DNA of 49,248 nucleotides from Anaerovoracaceae bacterium (GCA_041856085.1 JBHAFL010000122.1:1-49248), one strand, 5' to 3'; shown: positions 16,799 to 29,444, numbered from the stretch's first letter. Made by a program: numbers and translations. The notes: generated by a model not told the origin, from the sequence alone.

Positions 16799-17464
16799 TT
16801 ATCTTATCGGATCTTTTGACGGTGTGCCGGCTTTTCTCGGATATTTTTTCGGGGTCGGCTTGATTTTTTTTATCACGACAATATTATGAGATATGCCGTA
16901 ATCTATGAGCTCAGCGAGCCTTACTTCCCTTATCTCTCCACCGAGCGTCTCTACGGCGTCTTTTGCTTCGGCGATTTCTGCCTCAGGCTCGGGGCCCTTA
17001 TACGCCATAAAATATCCGCCGACCTTAATGAACGGCAGGCAGTATTCGGAGAGAGTCGCCAAATTCGCGACAGCCCTTGATACGCATAGGTCGTATCGCT
17101 CTCTATAGCCCTTATTATGCCCGAGCTCCTCGGCTCTCGCATGGACGGTTTCGACGTTTTTTACCCCTATCTCAGCGGCAAGCTCTGAGATTATCTTGAT
17201 CCTCTTATTTAGCGAATCCATAAGGGTGAACTCTTTTTCGGGTGAAAAAATCGCGAGAGGAATACCCGGGAAACCTGCGCCTGTACCTACATCTATTATT
17301 TTTTTTGCATGAGCGTATTCTGTATAGTCCGCAACCATAAGCGAGTCGTAAAAGTGCTTGATGATGAATTCTTCTCTGTCCGTAATTGCGGTAAGGTTCA
17401 CCTCTTCGTTAAACCGAAGCACTCCCTCCATATATCTATGGTATTTTTCGTTAAGCTCTGTCAT
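16799..17464 (-). CDS. rsmG: 16S rRNA (guanine527-N7)-methyltransferase
   Basis: The SAM motif [15 protein letters not shown] and the GidB family pattern are present. The gene overlaps the mnmG stop by 4 nt. Confidence 0.92.
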   Translation of the reverse strand: MTELNEKYHRYMEGVLRFNEEVNLTAITDREEFIIKHFYDSLMVADYTEYAHAKKIIDVGTGAGFPGIPLAIFSPEKEFTLMDSLNKRIKIISELAAEIGVKNVETVHARAEELGHNKGYRERYDLCVSRAVANLATLSEYCLPFIKVGGYFMAYKGPEPEAEIAEAKDAVETLGGEIREVRLAELIDYGISHNIVVIKKIKPTPKKYPRKAGTPSKDPIR

Positions 17465-19341
17465 TTTTCTCTTCTCTTCTTCTCTAAATAAACCATCAGA
17501 ACATTAATATCGGCGGGCGACACTCCCGATATTCTCGACGCCTGACCGAGCGACAGCGGCTTAAGCTTGCCCAGCTTCTGCCTCGCCTCGAGCCTGAGCC
17601 CGTCTATCCCGTCATAGTCAATATCCTCGTCAAGCCGCCTCGTCTCGAGCTTCTTATATCTCTCTATCTGCATAAGCTGCTTCGTAATATAGCCCTCGTA
17701 CTTAAGCTGAACCTCGAGCTGCGTTATCTCGTGATAGTTAAGCTGCGGTCTTGATTCGTCGTCTATCTCACTAAGCGCCCTGTACGAAATCTGCGGCCGC
17801 TTCAGAAGCTCCGCTAAACTCTCCCTCTTATCGAGGGGACTCGTCCCCCGCCTAAGCAAAAAATCATTGGCTTCCTTAGGTCCTACCGTCTTTTTACCGA
17901 GACGCTCTATCTCAGCTTCGACTCTCTCCTTTTTTTCAAGATATCTCCGATATCTCTCTTCCGTGGCAAGCCCCGCCCTGTAGGCTTTTTCGGTGAGCCT
18001 CAGGTCTGCGTTATCCTGACGAAGAATCAGCCTGTACTCCGCTCGCGAGGTCATTATCCTATAAGGCTCGTTCGTACCCTTAGTGACGAGGTCGTCGATC
18101 AGAACCCCGATATATGCCTCGTCCCTGCCTAAGATAAAAGCTTCCCTGCCGTCGAGTCTCAGCGCCGCGTTCATTCCGGCAATCAGCCCCTGGGCGGCGG
18201 CTTCCTCATAGCCTGAGGAGCCGTTAATCTGCCCCGCGCAAAAAAGATTCTCTATATGTCTGTATTCGAGGCTGAGCTTAAGCTCCTGCGGGTCTATCGA
18301 ATCATATTCTATGGCGTAGGCGGGTCTGGTTATCCTGAGGTTTTCGAGTCCCGGTATCGTCCGATAAAATGCCTCCTGCACGTCCTCGGGAAGAGATGAG
18401 GACATTCCCTGTATATACATCTCGTCGGTTTCGAGCCCCTCAGGCTCCACGAAAAGCTGATGTCTCTCCTTATCTGCGAATCTGTTTACCTTATCCTCTA
18501 TGGACGGGCAATATCTCGGCCCTATGCCCTCAATCTGACCCCCGAAGAGAGCCGAACGATGGAAATTTTCTCTGATTACCCTGTGCGTTTCCTCGTTAGT
18601 ATATGTCAGCCAGCAGAGAGCCTTGTTCTCGCCTATTTCATCGTCCATAAACGAAAAAGGAACCCTTTCGTCATCTCCCGCCTGCTCGGTCATCTTACTA
18701 AAATCAAGGCTGCTTCCGAGACATCTTGCCGGCGTACCCGTCTTGAAACGTCTGAACCTCATACCTTTCTTTTTTAGATTATCCGAAAGCTCTGTAGACG
18801 GTGCGAGCCCGTTCGGCCCGCTTGAATATGCCGCCGAGCCTATAAATATTTTGCCGTTTAGAAAAGTTCCCATAGCTAAAATTACCGAGTCGGCAAGATA
18901 TTCCGAAAAAGTCTTAGTTACTACGCCTCTTACCCTGCCCTCTTCCACTATAATATCGGTAACCTCAGCCTGCCTGATGTCAAGGTTCGGTGTTTTTTCG
19001 AGGGTTCTTTTCATCTCAATGTGGTATCTGTTCTTATCCGCCTGCGCGCGAAGCGAGTGCACGGCGGGACCTTTAGCGGTATTCAGCATTTTTATCTGAA
19101 TAAAGGACTTGTCTATGTTGATACCCATTTCTCCGCCGAGCGCGTCTATCTCTCTCACGAGATGACCCTTGCCCGTGCCTCCTATAGAGGGGTTGCACGG
19201 CATCATAGCGATAGACTCAAGGTTCATACTGAGCATAAGCGTGGACTTACCCATACGCGCGCAGGCAAGCGCAGCCTCACAGCCCGCGTGACCCGCGCCC
19301 ACCACTATTACGTCATATTTTCCCAATACTGTTTTTTTCAT
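17461..19341 (-). CDS. mnmG: tRNA uridine 5-carboxymethylaminomethyl modification enzyme
   Basis: The FAD motif [35 protein letters not shown] and a 626-aa GidA-like length support the call. Confidence 0.96.
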   Translation of the reverse strand: MKKTVLGKYDVIVVGAGHAGCEAALACARMGKSTLMLSMNLESIAMMPCNPSIGGTGKGHLVREIDALGGEMGINIDKSFIQIKMLNTAKGPAVHSLRAQADKNRYHIEMKRTLEKTPNLDIRQAEVTDIIVEEGRVRGVVTKTFSEYLADSVILAMGTFLNGKIFIGSAAYSSGPNGLAPSTELSDNLKKKGMRFRRFKTGTPARCLGSSLDFSKMTEQAGDDERVPFSFMDDEIGENKALCWLTYTNEETHRVIRENFHRSALFGGQIEGIGPRYCPSIEDKVNRFADKERHQLFVEPEGLETDEMYIQGMSSSLPEDVQEAFYRTIPGLENLRITRPAYAIEYDSIDPQELKLSLEYRHIENLFCAGQINGSSGYEEAAAQGLIAGMNAALRLDGREAFILGRDEAYIGVLIDDLVTKGTNEPYRIMTSRAEYRLILRQDNADLRLTEKAYRAGLATEERYRRYLEKKERVEAEIERLGKKTVGPKEANDFLLRRGTSPLDKRESLAELLKRPQISYRALSEIDDESRPQLNYHEITQLEVQLKYEGYITKQLMQIERYKKLETRRLDEDIDYDGIDGLRLEARQKLGKLKPLSLGQASRISGVSPADINVLMVYLEKKRREK

Positions 19342-19443
19342 GTCGCTTAATTATATTCTAATCTAATGCCTCTTTTTTATAGAGCGCCGGCAGCATGACG
19401 CCCATGTAAGCATATTTCATTTACTATTTTATCAGATAAAGTT

Positions 19444-20799
19444 CTACTTCCCGAGACAGAAGCGCCGGAAAACCTCGTTTAAGATGTCTTCTTCGACTTC
19501 CTCTCCTATTATTCTTCCGAGCGCCGTGTAGGCGTTATTCACATCTATCTCTAATAGCTCCAAGGGCTCTCTCATCTCCGCCAGAACCGCAGCGTCCGAT
19601 ATAGAAGTCCTCGCCTCACTCAGCAGGCTCTGATGTCTCACATTAGTCACAATCAGGCTCTCTTCCTGCTTAACCTTGCCGCCGTAAACAATGTTTTCGA
19701 TTTCGTCTGAGATAAGCCCCATACCCTCTCCGTCCGAAATAACTGTTTCTATTATAGCCGCGTTAGGTATAAGCTCCTTGACCTTTTCTTCTTTTATATT
19801 ATCGCCGAGGTCGGTCTTATTAAGCAGGCAGATTATATATCTGTCTCCGATTTTTTCGATTATGCTATAGTCTTCCTCCTCAAGCGGCATAGAGGAGTCG
19901 AGTACTAAAATCACTAAATCCGCTTGGTTAAAGGCTTCCTTTGACTTCTCAATGCCGATTTTCTCGACTATATCGCCGGTTTCTCTGATTCCTGCGGTAT
20001 CGATTAAGGTTACCGGTATATCTCTTATGTTAATCGATTCCTCTATAATGTCGCGCGTAGTACCCGCTATCTCGGTGACTATCGCCCTGTCATATTTAAG
20101 AAGAGCGTTCATAAGGGAAGACTTGCCTACGTTCGGTTTCCCGATTATCGAAACCTTAAGCCCCTCTCTCAATATTCTTCCCGTATCGGCGGTGAGCAGA
20201 AGCTCCGATAGCTCCGCTTCTATATTATCGAGAGATTTTTTTAGGCTTTCATATGTTAATATCTCTATATCCTCATCCGGATAGTCGATGTTAACAGTCA
20301 GGCTTACGAGAGCGTCGACAAGCATATCTCTTATCTCTTTTATTTTTTTAGAAAGTCCGCCCTCTAAGTTATTAAGAGCGACTTCAAAGGTCTTATCGCT
20401 TTTAGCCTTAATCAGGTCTATAACCGATTCCGCCTGCGCGAGGTCGAGCCTGCCGTTAAGAAAGGCTCTCTGAGTGAACTCGCCGGGCTCTGCTATCCTT
20501 GCGCCGTTTTTTAAGACGAGTTCGAGTATCCTGCGAAGCGACACGACCGAGCCGTGGCACTGAATCTCTATCACGTCTTCGGCGGTATAGCTTTTGGGCG
20601 CCTTGAAGTAGCAGACCATAGCCTCGTCTATTATCTCCTCGCCGTCCCTTATATAGCCGAATGTCATTACGTTCGGCTCAAGGGCAGACCTAAAAAGCCT
20701 ACCCGCTATGGATAGGGCTTCTTCTCCGGAGATTCTTATTATGCCTATTCCCCCCTCGCCGTAGGCGGTTGAAATTGCAGCGATGGTATCTTCTCTCAT
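19444..20799 (-). CDS. mnmE: tRNA modification GTPase
   Basis: The N-terminus DTIAAISTA, the G1 motif GKPNVGKSSLMNAL and the C-terminal FCLGK motif are present. Confidence 0.95.
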   Translation of the reverse strand: MREDTIAAISTAYGEGGIGIIRISGEEALSIAGRLFRSALEPNVMTFGYIRDGEEIIDEAMVCYFKAPKSYTAEDVIEIQCHGSVVSLRRILELVLKNGARIAEPGEFTQRAFLNGRLDLAQAESVIDLIKAKSDKTFEVALNNLEGGLSKKIKEIRDMLVDALVSLTVNIDYPDEDIEILTYESLKKSLDNIEAELSELLLTADTGRILREGLKVSIIGKPNVGKSSLMNALLKYDRAIVTEIAGTTRDIIEESINIRDIPVTLIDTAGIRETGDIVEKIGIEKSKEAFNQADLVILVLDSSMPLEEEDYSIIEKIGDRYIICLLNKTDLGDNIKEEKVKELIPNAAIIETVISDGEGMGLISDEIENIVYGGKVKQEESLIVTNVRHQSLLSEARTSISDAAVLAEMREPLELLEIDVNNAYTALGRIIGEEVEEDILNEVFRRFCLGK

Positions 20800-20818
20800 A
20801 ATTCCCGACTTTCCTAAG

Positions 20819-20843
20819 TAAAAACCCGCATTAACTGCGGGTT
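20819..20843 (-). terminator. Hairpin with a short U-tract between jag and mnmE (attenuator or partial terminator)
   Basis: On the minus strand AACCCGCA-GTTAA-TGCGGGTT is followed by TTTAC. It sits only about 20 nt before the mnmE start, so read-through must occur. Confidence 0.45.
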
Positions 20844-20849
20844 AAAACA

Positions 20850-21665
20850 CTATTTTAATTCAATGATAACCCTTCTGTATGGATCCTGTCCTTCGGAACG
20901 AGTTGTAACTGAGGGGTGATTCTGAAGAGTCGCGTGAATGACTTTCCTCTCGTAAGGGTTCATAGGCTCGAGCTTAACCGGCCTTTTGGTTCTGGTAACC
21001 TTGCTCGCAAGCCTCATAGATAAGGCCTCGAGAGTTTTCTCGCGCTTAGCTCTGTAGCCTTCGGCGTCTACGACAACTCTCGTATACGCGGACTGCTCTT
21101 TATTCACCACGAGGCTCGTGAGATATTGAATCGCGTCGAGCGTCTGACCGCGTTTACCTATTATAGCGCCGGAGTCTTTGCCCTCGATATCAAGGTATAT
21201 AGTCTCTTCTCCTGTCTTGCACTTAACGCTTACGTCAAGACCCATTTCTCTTACTACGTCTCTTAAGAATGTGAGCGCCGCGTGATTGTCACAGTCCGAG
21301 AGCTCTTCTAAGAATATAGGTCTTGCTTCCTCGGTTCTCTCTCTCTTCGCAGCTTCTTTTCTTTTCTCTTTTTTTGAGTCTCCCTTTTGTGAGGCTTCTC
21401 TCTTAGGATATTCTTTTTTAGCGAATTCCTTTTTTGAAGCTTCTTTTTTGGGAAGCTCATTTTCTTTCTCGATAACCTTTTCAGGCTCTTTCGGTTTCTT
21501 TTTTTCTACTCTTACTAAAGCAAGCTTAGAACCTATGCCGAAAAAACCACGGGAAGGTTCTTCGAGAACAGTAACATCAACTTCATCTATGGTGAGCTTG
21601 AGGTCTTTCAGCGCGAATTGCACGGCAGTGTCCACATCTATACCATATTTCTCGGAAAATTCCAT
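20850..21665 (-). CDS. jag: Jag/KhpB RNA-binding protein (Jag_N, KH, R3H) with a long Lys/Glu-rich linker
   Basis: The N-terminal Jag-type domain, the KH-like GKRGQTLDAIQYL and the R3H-like MNPYERKVIHATLQ are present. A ~70-aa KE-rich insertion separates them. The position after yidC is conserved. Confidence 0.88.
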   Translation of the reverse strand: MEFSEKYGIDVDTAVQFALKDLKLTIDEVDVTVLEEPSRGFFGIGSKLALVRVEKKKPKEPEKVIEKENELPKKEASKKEFAKKEYPKREASQKGDSKKEKRKEAAKRERTEEARPIFLEELSDCDNHAALTFLRDVVREMGLDVSVKCKTGEETIYLDIEGKDSGAIIGKRGQTLDAIQYLTSLVVNKEQSAYTRVVVDAEGYRAKREKTLEALSMRLASKVTRTKRPVKLEPMNPYERKVIHATLQNHPSVTTRSEGQDPYRRVIIELK

Positions 21666-21697
21666 ATATTACTTTCCTCCAAAAAATTAAATACCTG

Positions 21698-22408
21698 CTA
21701 TTTTTTTCGTCTTTTTTTCTGCTCTTCTTCCTCGGCTTCCTGTTTTTTCTTCCACGCTGAGAATCTGAGGTTATAGAATATCTGCACCACCTGACTTAAG
21801 AACCAATAAATGGCGAGTCCTGCGGGATATGTTCTCGCGAACCAAAGAATCATAATAGGGAAAAAATATTTCATCATCTTTGTCATCATATTCATCTGCT
21901 GAGCGTTTCCTGACGGAGCCATAGATGTCGGAGATGTGTTTTTTGAATAAGAGATGAAAGTTGCAAGACCTGCCGCAATAGGAAGTATCCACTTATCGGG
22001 CTGGGATAAGTCCTTTATCCAAAGGAAAGGCTCGTGTATTGCGAACAGCATAGTATCCGAGCTCATATATGTCATAGGAGTTCTGAGCAGCGAGAACAGT
22101 CCCATTATGATAAGCATCTGAATTACCATAGGGAGACAGCCTCCGTACATAGACGCCCCCTCGGACTTATAAAGCTCCGATAGCTTCTGATTATATACTT
22201 CCTTATCCTTGCCGTACTTCTGCTGTAATTCCTGCATTTTCGGCTGCAGTTTACCCATCTTCATGGTCGACTTCATTGATTTAGCATATATCGGATATAG
22301 GCAAATCTTTATAGCAATAGTGAAGACCACAAGGGTAATGCCGTAGTTACCAACGAGCTGGTACAGCCAAGTAAGCAGATAACCTAAGGGTGTGGCTAAT
22401 AGTCGCAT
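21698..22408 (-). CDS. yidC: YidC/Oxa1 family membrane protein insertase
   Basis: The protein is multi-pass, with KMQELQQKYGKDK...YKSEGASMYGGCLPMVIQM and a basic C-terminal tail. Confidence 0.9.
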   Translation of the reverse strand: MRLLATPLGYLLTWLYQLVGNYGITLVVFTIAIKICLYPIYAKSMKSTMKMGKLQPKMQELQQKYGKDKEVYNQKLSELYKSEGASMYGGCLPMVIQMLIIMGLFSLLRTPMTYMSSDTMLFAIHEPFLWIKDLSQPDKWILPIAAGLATFISYSKNTSPTSMAPSGNAQQMNMMTKMMKYFFPIMILWFARTYPAGLAIYWFLSQVVQIFYNLRFSAWKKKQEAEEEEQKKRRKK

Positions 22409-22426
22409 TTATTTCCTCCATATATT

Positions 22427-22636
22427 CTAAGGCACGGGGTCATATCCTCCATGAGCCCACGGGTGACACCTCAGAATGCGTTTTATTCCTAAATAACTAC
22501 CTTTCAGGATTCCGTATTTTTCAAGGGCTTGAATGAAATATACGGAGCAGGTAGGATAGTACCGGCACGACGGCGGAAAAGCCGGAGATATGAACCTCTG
22601 ATAAAACCTGATTGCTGAAATTATCAATCTTTTCAT
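22427..22636 (-). CDS. yidD: Membrane protein insertion efficiency factor YidD
   Basis: The 69-aa protein has YQRFISP...[10 protein letters not shown]...[12 protein letters not shown]. Confidence 0.9.
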   Translation of the reverse strand: MKRLIISAIRFYQRFISPAFPPSCRYYPTCSVYFIQALEKYGILKGSYLGIKRILRCHPWAHGGYDPVP

Positions 22637-22693
22637 ATTAATCTCCGTTCTGTCGCCTTAGCTTAGGCGACGTCAATAGCTGCAAAAAATATC

Positions 22694-23038
22694 TTAACTA
22701 TTTTTTCCTATAAGTCCGGCTCTCTTGAATGCCGAATGAAGAGATTTCTCTACATCGATACATTTTTTTTCGTTTATAGTGTTTCTCGCTATAATTATGA
22801 AATCATAGCCTGAGGGAAGCTTCGGCTCGATAACCCTGTAGCTTTCTTTCATAAGGCGTCTCGCCCTGTTTCTTCTCACACTATTACCGACTTTTTTGCT
22901 CGCTAAAAAACCTGTTCTGTTATAACCGAGGTTATTCTTCTTATAGAATATCACCACATATCTGTCGCCGACCGACTTGCCGTTTTTATAGATTTTATCG
23001 AAGTCCGGCTGCTTTCTTAAAACATTATTTTTTAGCAT
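22694..23038 (-). CDS. rnpA: Ribonuclease P protein component
   Basis: The 114-aa basic protein has an RNRARRLMKE (RNR) motif and lies directly downstream of rpmH. Confidence 0.9.
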   Translation of the reverse strand: MLKNNVLRKQPDFDKIYKNGKSVGDRYVVIFYKKNNLGYNRTGFLASKKVGNSVRRNRARRLMKESYRVIEPKLPSGYDFIIIARNTINEKKCIDVEKSLHSAFKRAGLIGKNS

Positions 23039-23046
23039 AAATCAAA

Positions 23047-23181
23047 TTAAACAGTGAGCTTTTTTCTGCCTCTTGCTCTTCTTCTCTTAAGCACGTTTCT
23101 GCCGTTTTTCGTGGACATTCTCTTACGGAAGCCGTGCTCCTTCATTCTCTGTCTCTTCTTAGGCTGTAAAGTCATTTTCAT
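23047..23181 (-). CDS. rpmH: 50S ribosomal protein L34 (44 aa; below the ORF-track length cutoff)
   Basis: Hand translation of the minus strand gives [51 protein letters not shown] lies upstream. Confidence 0.93.
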   Translation of the reverse strand: MKMTLQPKKRQRMKEHGFRKRMSTKNGRNVLKRRRARGRKKLTV

Positions 23182-23250
23182 GGTTGAATATCTCCTTTCT
23201 GAATAATAAAATCGGCCAATCTAAATTCCAATTGGCACATAGACTCCGAT

Positions 23251-23279
23251 ATTATATTAAAAAAAACCTTGAATGTCAA
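23251..23279 (-). promoter_or_regulatory. Consensus sigma-A-type promoter for the rpmH-rnpA operon
   Basis: On the minus strand TTGACA (23279-23274), a 17-nt spacer and TATAAT (23256-23251) lie about 70 nt upstream of the rpmH ATG. Confidence 0.7.
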
Positions 23280-23315
23280 TTAAATTGACTAAAAAAGGCT
23301 TATATATCAAAAAAT

Positions 23316-23348
23316 TTATCCACATATTTAACACTTGCCTGTGGATAA
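23316..23348. promoter_or_regulatory. Pair of perfect, inverted DnaA boxes upstream of dnaA
   Basis: TTATCCACA lies at 23316-23324 and TGTGGATAA at 23340-23348. Confidence 0.8.
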
Positions 23349-23363
23349 CTTTTTTTGTATAAT
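23335..23363 (+). promoter_or_regulatory. Candidate dnaA promoter overlapped by a DnaA box
   Basis: TTGCCT (23335-23340), a 17-nt spacer and TATAAT (23358-23363) preceded by TG are present. The spacer contains the 23340-23348 DnaA box, which suggests autoregulation. Confidence 0.6.
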
Positions 23364-23394
23364 ATCATCACACATGTTTTAGGAGATACCCGAG

Positions 23395-24807
23395 ATGAAA
23401 AACTATGACGCCGTCTGGGAGGCAGTATTATCTATAATAAAAGAAAAAACGACGCCCGTATGCTATGAAACATGGTTCAGGGCTCCCCTCAGCATAAAAA
23501 AAATCGACCTTGACCTTAATATTATTTACCTGGATATCCAGACCAACATGGACATCGATTTTTTTATGGATATTATAAACAGCAGATATATAAGCCTGCT
23601 TCAAGAGGGTTTCGAGGAGATACTCGGTGAAAAATACAGGGTGGTTCTAAAAAATCCGCTCGATAAAAACGAGGATAAATTACAAAAAACCAAAGAAGAT
23701 AAGCTAAAAGGCGCTTCCGAAAAAAATAAATCTTCCGATTCAAAATCCCTAAAAAACAAAAACACACTCATCTTAGAGCATTATTTGAATCCGAAATATA
23801 CCTTTGACAACTTCGTAGTGGGACCTTGTAACAGCTTCGCACACGCAGCGGCTCTTGCTGTGGCGGAGTCGCCCGGAATAGCTTCCAACCCTCTTTTCAT
23901 ATACGGCGGCCCCGGACTCGGTAAGACTCATCTTATTCACGCAATAGGCATATATATACTCGAAAACAATCCGTCTGCTAAGGTTCTCTACACATCTTCC
24001 GAGAACTTTACCAACGAATTCATCATCGCCCTAAAAAATAACAAGACAAACGAGTTTAAGTCAAAATACAGAAAAGTCGACGTGCTCATAGTCGACGACA
24101 TACAGTTCTTAGAGGGAAAGGTTCAGATTCAGGAGGAATTTTTTAATACCTTTAATTCCCTTTTTCAGAATAATAAACAGATTATACTTTCGTCGGACAG
24201 GGCGCCTAACGAGCTTTCGGGTATAAACGACAGGTTAACTAACAGGTTTATGTGGAATCTTATGGCGGATATCCAGCCGGCTGACTATGAAACGAGGGTA
24301 GCTATCCTGCTTAAGCTCGCCGAAAACGCTAACCTTAATATAGACGAAGATTTCAGAGAGGCTATTAACTATATAGCTGAGAGATTTACGGATAATATAA
24401 GAGAATTAGAGGGAGCGTTCAGCAGACTGTTCTTTTACTTCACAACCTTTAACGAAAAACCGAGCGTAGCAGTCGCTAAAAAAGTAATAAAAGAAAAAAG
24501 AATAAACGACGAGCAGGTTATTACCCCCGAGAAAATCAAGAGAATAATCTGCAAGCACTATAACATCAAATTAGCCGATATAGAATCCTCTAAAAGAACC
24601 AACAACATAGCCTTTCCGAGACAGATAGCTATGTATCTCATAAGGGAGATGACGGACAGCTCTCTTCCTAAGATAGGCGATATGTTCGGCGGAAGAGACC
24701 ATACCACGGTAAAATACGCATGTGAGAAAATAGCGGATCAGTTAAAAATGGACGACAGCTTCAGAGCTTTTTTGGACGATATAATAAGCGAAATAAGAGA
24801 TTATTGA
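23395..24807 (+). CDS. dnaA: Chromosomal replication initiator protein DnaA
   Basis: The AAA+ Walker A motif GGPGLGKTHL, box VII and the C-terminal DNA-binding motif GGRDHTTVKYA are present. A Lys/Asn-rich domain II linker is also seen. Confidence 0.97.
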   Translation: MKNYDAVWEAVLSIIKEKTTPVCYETWFRAPLSIKKIDLDLNIIYLDIQTNMDIDFFMDIINSRYISLLQEGFEEILGEKYRVVLKNPLDKNEDKLQKTKEDKLKGASEKNKSSDSKSLKNKNTLILEHYLNPKYTFDNFVVGPCNSFAHAAALAVAESPGIASNPLFIYGGPGLGKTHLIHAIGIYILENNPSAKVLYTSSENFTNEFIIALKNNKTNEFKSKYRKVDVLIVDDIQFLEGKVQIQEEFFNTFNSLFQNNKQIILSSDRAPNELSGINDRLTNRFMWNLMADIQPADYETRVAILLKLAENANLNIDEDFREAINYIAERFTDNIRELEGAFSRLFFYFTTFNEKPSVAVAKKVIKEKRINDEQVITPEKIKRIICKHYNIKLADIESSKRTNNIAFPRQIAMYLIREMTDSSLPKIGDMFGGRDHTTVKYACEKIADQLKMDDSFRAFLDDIISEIRDY

Positions 24808-24985
24808 TTTTTTCGTAATATGAGTTATCATAAAAAAAAGTATAAAATATAAAACTTATCAAGAGAAAAAAATAATAAAATTCCCTTAATATAAAGGGCT
24901 TATATAACTTATCCACAGTTTTAACAGAACATATTACTAATAATATTATTTAATAAATAAAGATTAAAAACGGAGGAAGATAAAA
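24808..24985. other. dnaA-dnaN spacer: second oriC segment with a DnaA box and a candidate unwinding element
   Basis: A perfect TTATCCACA lies at 24909-24917, with box-like TTATCATAA (24825-24833) and TTATCAAGA (24856-24864). An almost pure A+T tract follows at about 24931-24970. Confidence 0.55.
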
Positions 24986-26098
24986 ATGAAATTTTCATGC
25001 AGCCAGAGCACTTTAGTAAAAGCTCTAAACACTGTTTCAAAGGCCGTAACCTCGAGAACCACAATTCCGATATTAAAGGGTATACTGCTTTCTGTAGGAG
25101 ATGACGGCTATCTTACCATGTCTGCTTCCGACCTCGATATATCCATTGAGAACAGATTGGAGGTTACGGATTCGGTAAAGGGAGAAACGGTTGTTCAGGC
25201 TAAGCTGTTTTCGGACATAATAAGAAAACTTCCCTCTGCGGTTATCAGCATAGAAACGACGGAAGACGGCGTGGATATCAGGTGCGGCAACTCGGAATTT
25301 AATATAGTGGGAAGCCCTGCGGACGAGTTTCCGAGGATAAATATAGAAGAGGGAAACGAAAAAATAGTCTTCGATAAAGAAATATTAAAGGATATGATAA
25401 GAAAAACCTCGTTCGCCGCTTCAATTGACGAGGCAAGAGGAGTCATAACCGGAGTTCTAATAGAGATGAAAGAGAAAAACCTCAATATGGTTTCTCTCGA
25501 CGGTTTCAGAATGGCTGTGACGAGGGAGCCTATGATAAACGGCAGAGAAGACAATATAATTATACCTGCGAGAATACTGAATGAAATCGCTAAGATTATA
25601 ACAGAGACAGAAAGCGAGAAAGAAGACATTGACTTCCATATGGCTGATAAGAGAGCGATATTCATAATAGAAAACGTTAAGGTAGTCGCCAGACTTCTTG
25701 AGGGAGATTTCGTAAAATATCAGGATATTCTCCCTAAAGAAAGCTCGACGAGAATTATTTGCAACAGAAACGACCTCTTAGAGGCTATAGAGAGAGCATC
25801 TCTTCTCGCTAAGGTAGGAAAAAATAATCTCATAAAATTAGACATAAGAAATAATATAATCGAAATCACCTCGAGGTCGGAAGAGGGAAATGTTAAAGAG
25901 GAAGTTATAATTTCTAATGAGGGAAATAATCTCATAATAGGCTTTAACAGTAAATATCTGATAGACGCTCTTAAGAATATAGACGAAGAGAATATTTCAA
26001 TGCTTTTTAATACCCCGATAAGCCCGTGCCTCATTAAACCTATAGAGGGAAGCTCTTTCGAGTATCTGGTTCTTCCTGTAAGGATAACTAATAACTAA
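24986..26098 (+). CDS. dnaN: DNA polymerase III beta sliding clamp
   Basis: The 370-aa protein starts MKFSCSQSTLVKALNTVSKAV...RTTIPILKGILL and ends YLVLPVR. The position after dnaA is canonical. Confidence 0.96.
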   Translation: MKFSCSQSTLVKALNTVSKAVTSRTTIPILKGILLSVGDDGYLTMSASDLDISIENRLEVTDSVKGETVVQAKLFSDIIRKLPSAVISIETTEDGVDIRCGNSEFNIVGSPADEFPRINIEEGNEKIVFDKEILKDMIRKTSFAASIDEARGVITGVLIEMKEKNLNMVSLDGFRMAVTREPMINGREDNIIIPARILNEIAKIITETESEKEDIDFHMADKRAIFIIENVKVVARLLEGDFVKYQDILPKESSTRIICNRNDLLEAIERASLLAKVGKNNLIKLDIRNNIIEITSRSEEGNVKEEVIISNEGNNLIIGFNSKYLIDALKNIDEENISMLFNTPISPCLIKPIEGSSFEYLVLPVRITNN

Positions 26099-26101
26099 AT
26101 T

Positions 26102-27265
26102 ATGTATATCAAAAACATAGAATTAAAAGACTTTCGCAGCTACGAAAGTCTTTCGTTAAAGTTTAATAAAAAAGTCAATCTCATCTTAGGCGCAAACGCT
26201 CAGGGTAAGACCAATCTTTTAGAGTCGATATATATGGCTTCCATAGGCAGGTCGTTTAGAACCGTGAGAGACGCGGAGATGATAAGATTCGGCGCCGACT
26301 TCGCTAAGATATACATAGAAGCCTTAAAGGGAGATATGGAGAAGACCGTCGAGATAACCGTCGTCGGCAACTCTAAAAAAAGCATAAAAAAGGACGGAAT
26401 TAAGCTGAAAAAAACCTCCGAGCTCTTAGATAACATATATATAGTAATTTTTTCTCCGGAGGATATGAAGATAGTTAAGGACGAACCCGAGAAGAGAAGA
26501 AAATTCATAGATAAGGAGCTTTGCCAGATAAAACCGTCTTACTATAATAACCTCTGCTCCTACAAAAAAATCCTTTCGGAGAGAAACGCATATCTCAAGG
26601 GAATGTACGTAGATCCTATGATGATAGAGGTATGGAACGAGGAGCTGTCAAGATATGGTGCGGAGCTCATCCGCCAGAGAAAAGAGTTCATAGATAAGCT
26701 TAAGATATCAAGCTCCGAGATAAACAGAAAGATTACGAACGGCAAGGAAGACCTCGTTTTAAGCTATGCTCCGGATATAAGCTATGAAGAGGATAGGACC
26801 GAGCAAAAAACAATCTTCAAGAAAATTTTAGACGAAAGTCTCGATACGGATATAAGAAACCGAAACACGTCGAGAGGTCCGCACAGAGACGACCTCGATT
26901 TTACTATAATTTCGGGTGAGGAATCGATAGACGCGAGAAAATTCGGCTCGCAGGGTCAGCAGAGGACGGCGGCGCTTTCTCTTAAGCTCGCAGAAATCGA
27001 CATAATAAAGAGGGAAACGGGAGAAGATCCCATACTCCTCCTGGACGACGTGATGAGCGAGCTCGATATGGAGAGACAGGAGTTTCTCGTCAAGGCGCTT
27101 TTGTCCAACCAACTGTTTATTACAACTACCGAAATACCGGAGAGCATATTAAAGGAATTTCCCGACGCGTCGGAGTTTCATATCAAAAAAGGGAAGGTTG
27201 TCGAAAAGTCGGCTAAAGAGGTCTCAGAAAAAGACAGCAAAATGAAAACGGGCGGCTTATATTGA
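26102..27265 (+). CDS. recF: DNA replication/repair protein RecF
   Basis: The Walker A motif GANAQGKTNLLE, the signature SQGQQRTAALSLKLAE and the Walker B motif ILLLDDVMSELD are present. Confidence 0.93.
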   Translation: MYIKNIELKDFRSYESLSLKFNKKVNLILGANAQGKTNLLESIYMASIGRSFRTVRDAEMIRFGADFAKIYIEALKGDMEKTVEITVVGNSKKSIKKDGIKLKKTSELLDNIYIVIFSPEDMKIVKDEPEKRRKFIDKELCQIKPSYYNNLCSYKKILSERNAYLKGMYVDPMMIEVWNEELSRYGAELIRQRKEFIDKLKISSSEINRKITNGKEDLVLSYAPDISYEEDRTEQKTIFKKILDESLDTDIRNRNTSRGPHRDDLDFTIISGEESIDARKFGSQGQQRTAALSLKLAEIDIIKRETGEDPILLLDDVMSELDMERQEFLVKALLSNQLFITTTEIPESILKEFPDASEFHIKKGKVVEKSAKEVSEKDSKMKTGGLY

Positions 27266-27362
27266 CTTCTATATTTGACGTCTACATTTAACATAAAAAA
27301 CAAATAAGATAACAAAAAACAGAAACAGATATATCCTGATGTTTTTTCATAATTTTAGATTG

Positions 27363-27389
27363 AAAAATTCGCCTTACGGCGAGTTTTTT
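27363..27389 (+). terminator. Rho-independent terminator after recF
   Basis: AAAAATTCGCC-TTAC-GGCGAGTTTTTT forms a hairpin with a T-run. Confidence 0.7.
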
Positions 27390-27427
27390 ACTATATTAGT
27401 AAAAAACGATAAAATACCATTATTTTA

Positions 27428-27456
27428 TTGATAAAAAAGCGATTTCGTGTTAAAAT
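27428..27456 (+). promoter_or_regulatory. Candidate gyrB promoter
   Basis: TTGATA (27428-27433), a 17-nt spacer and TAAAAT (27451-27456) with TG at 27448-27449 are present. Confidence 0.5.
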
Positions 27457-27458
27457 AA

Positions 27459-29444
<1,986 letters not shown>

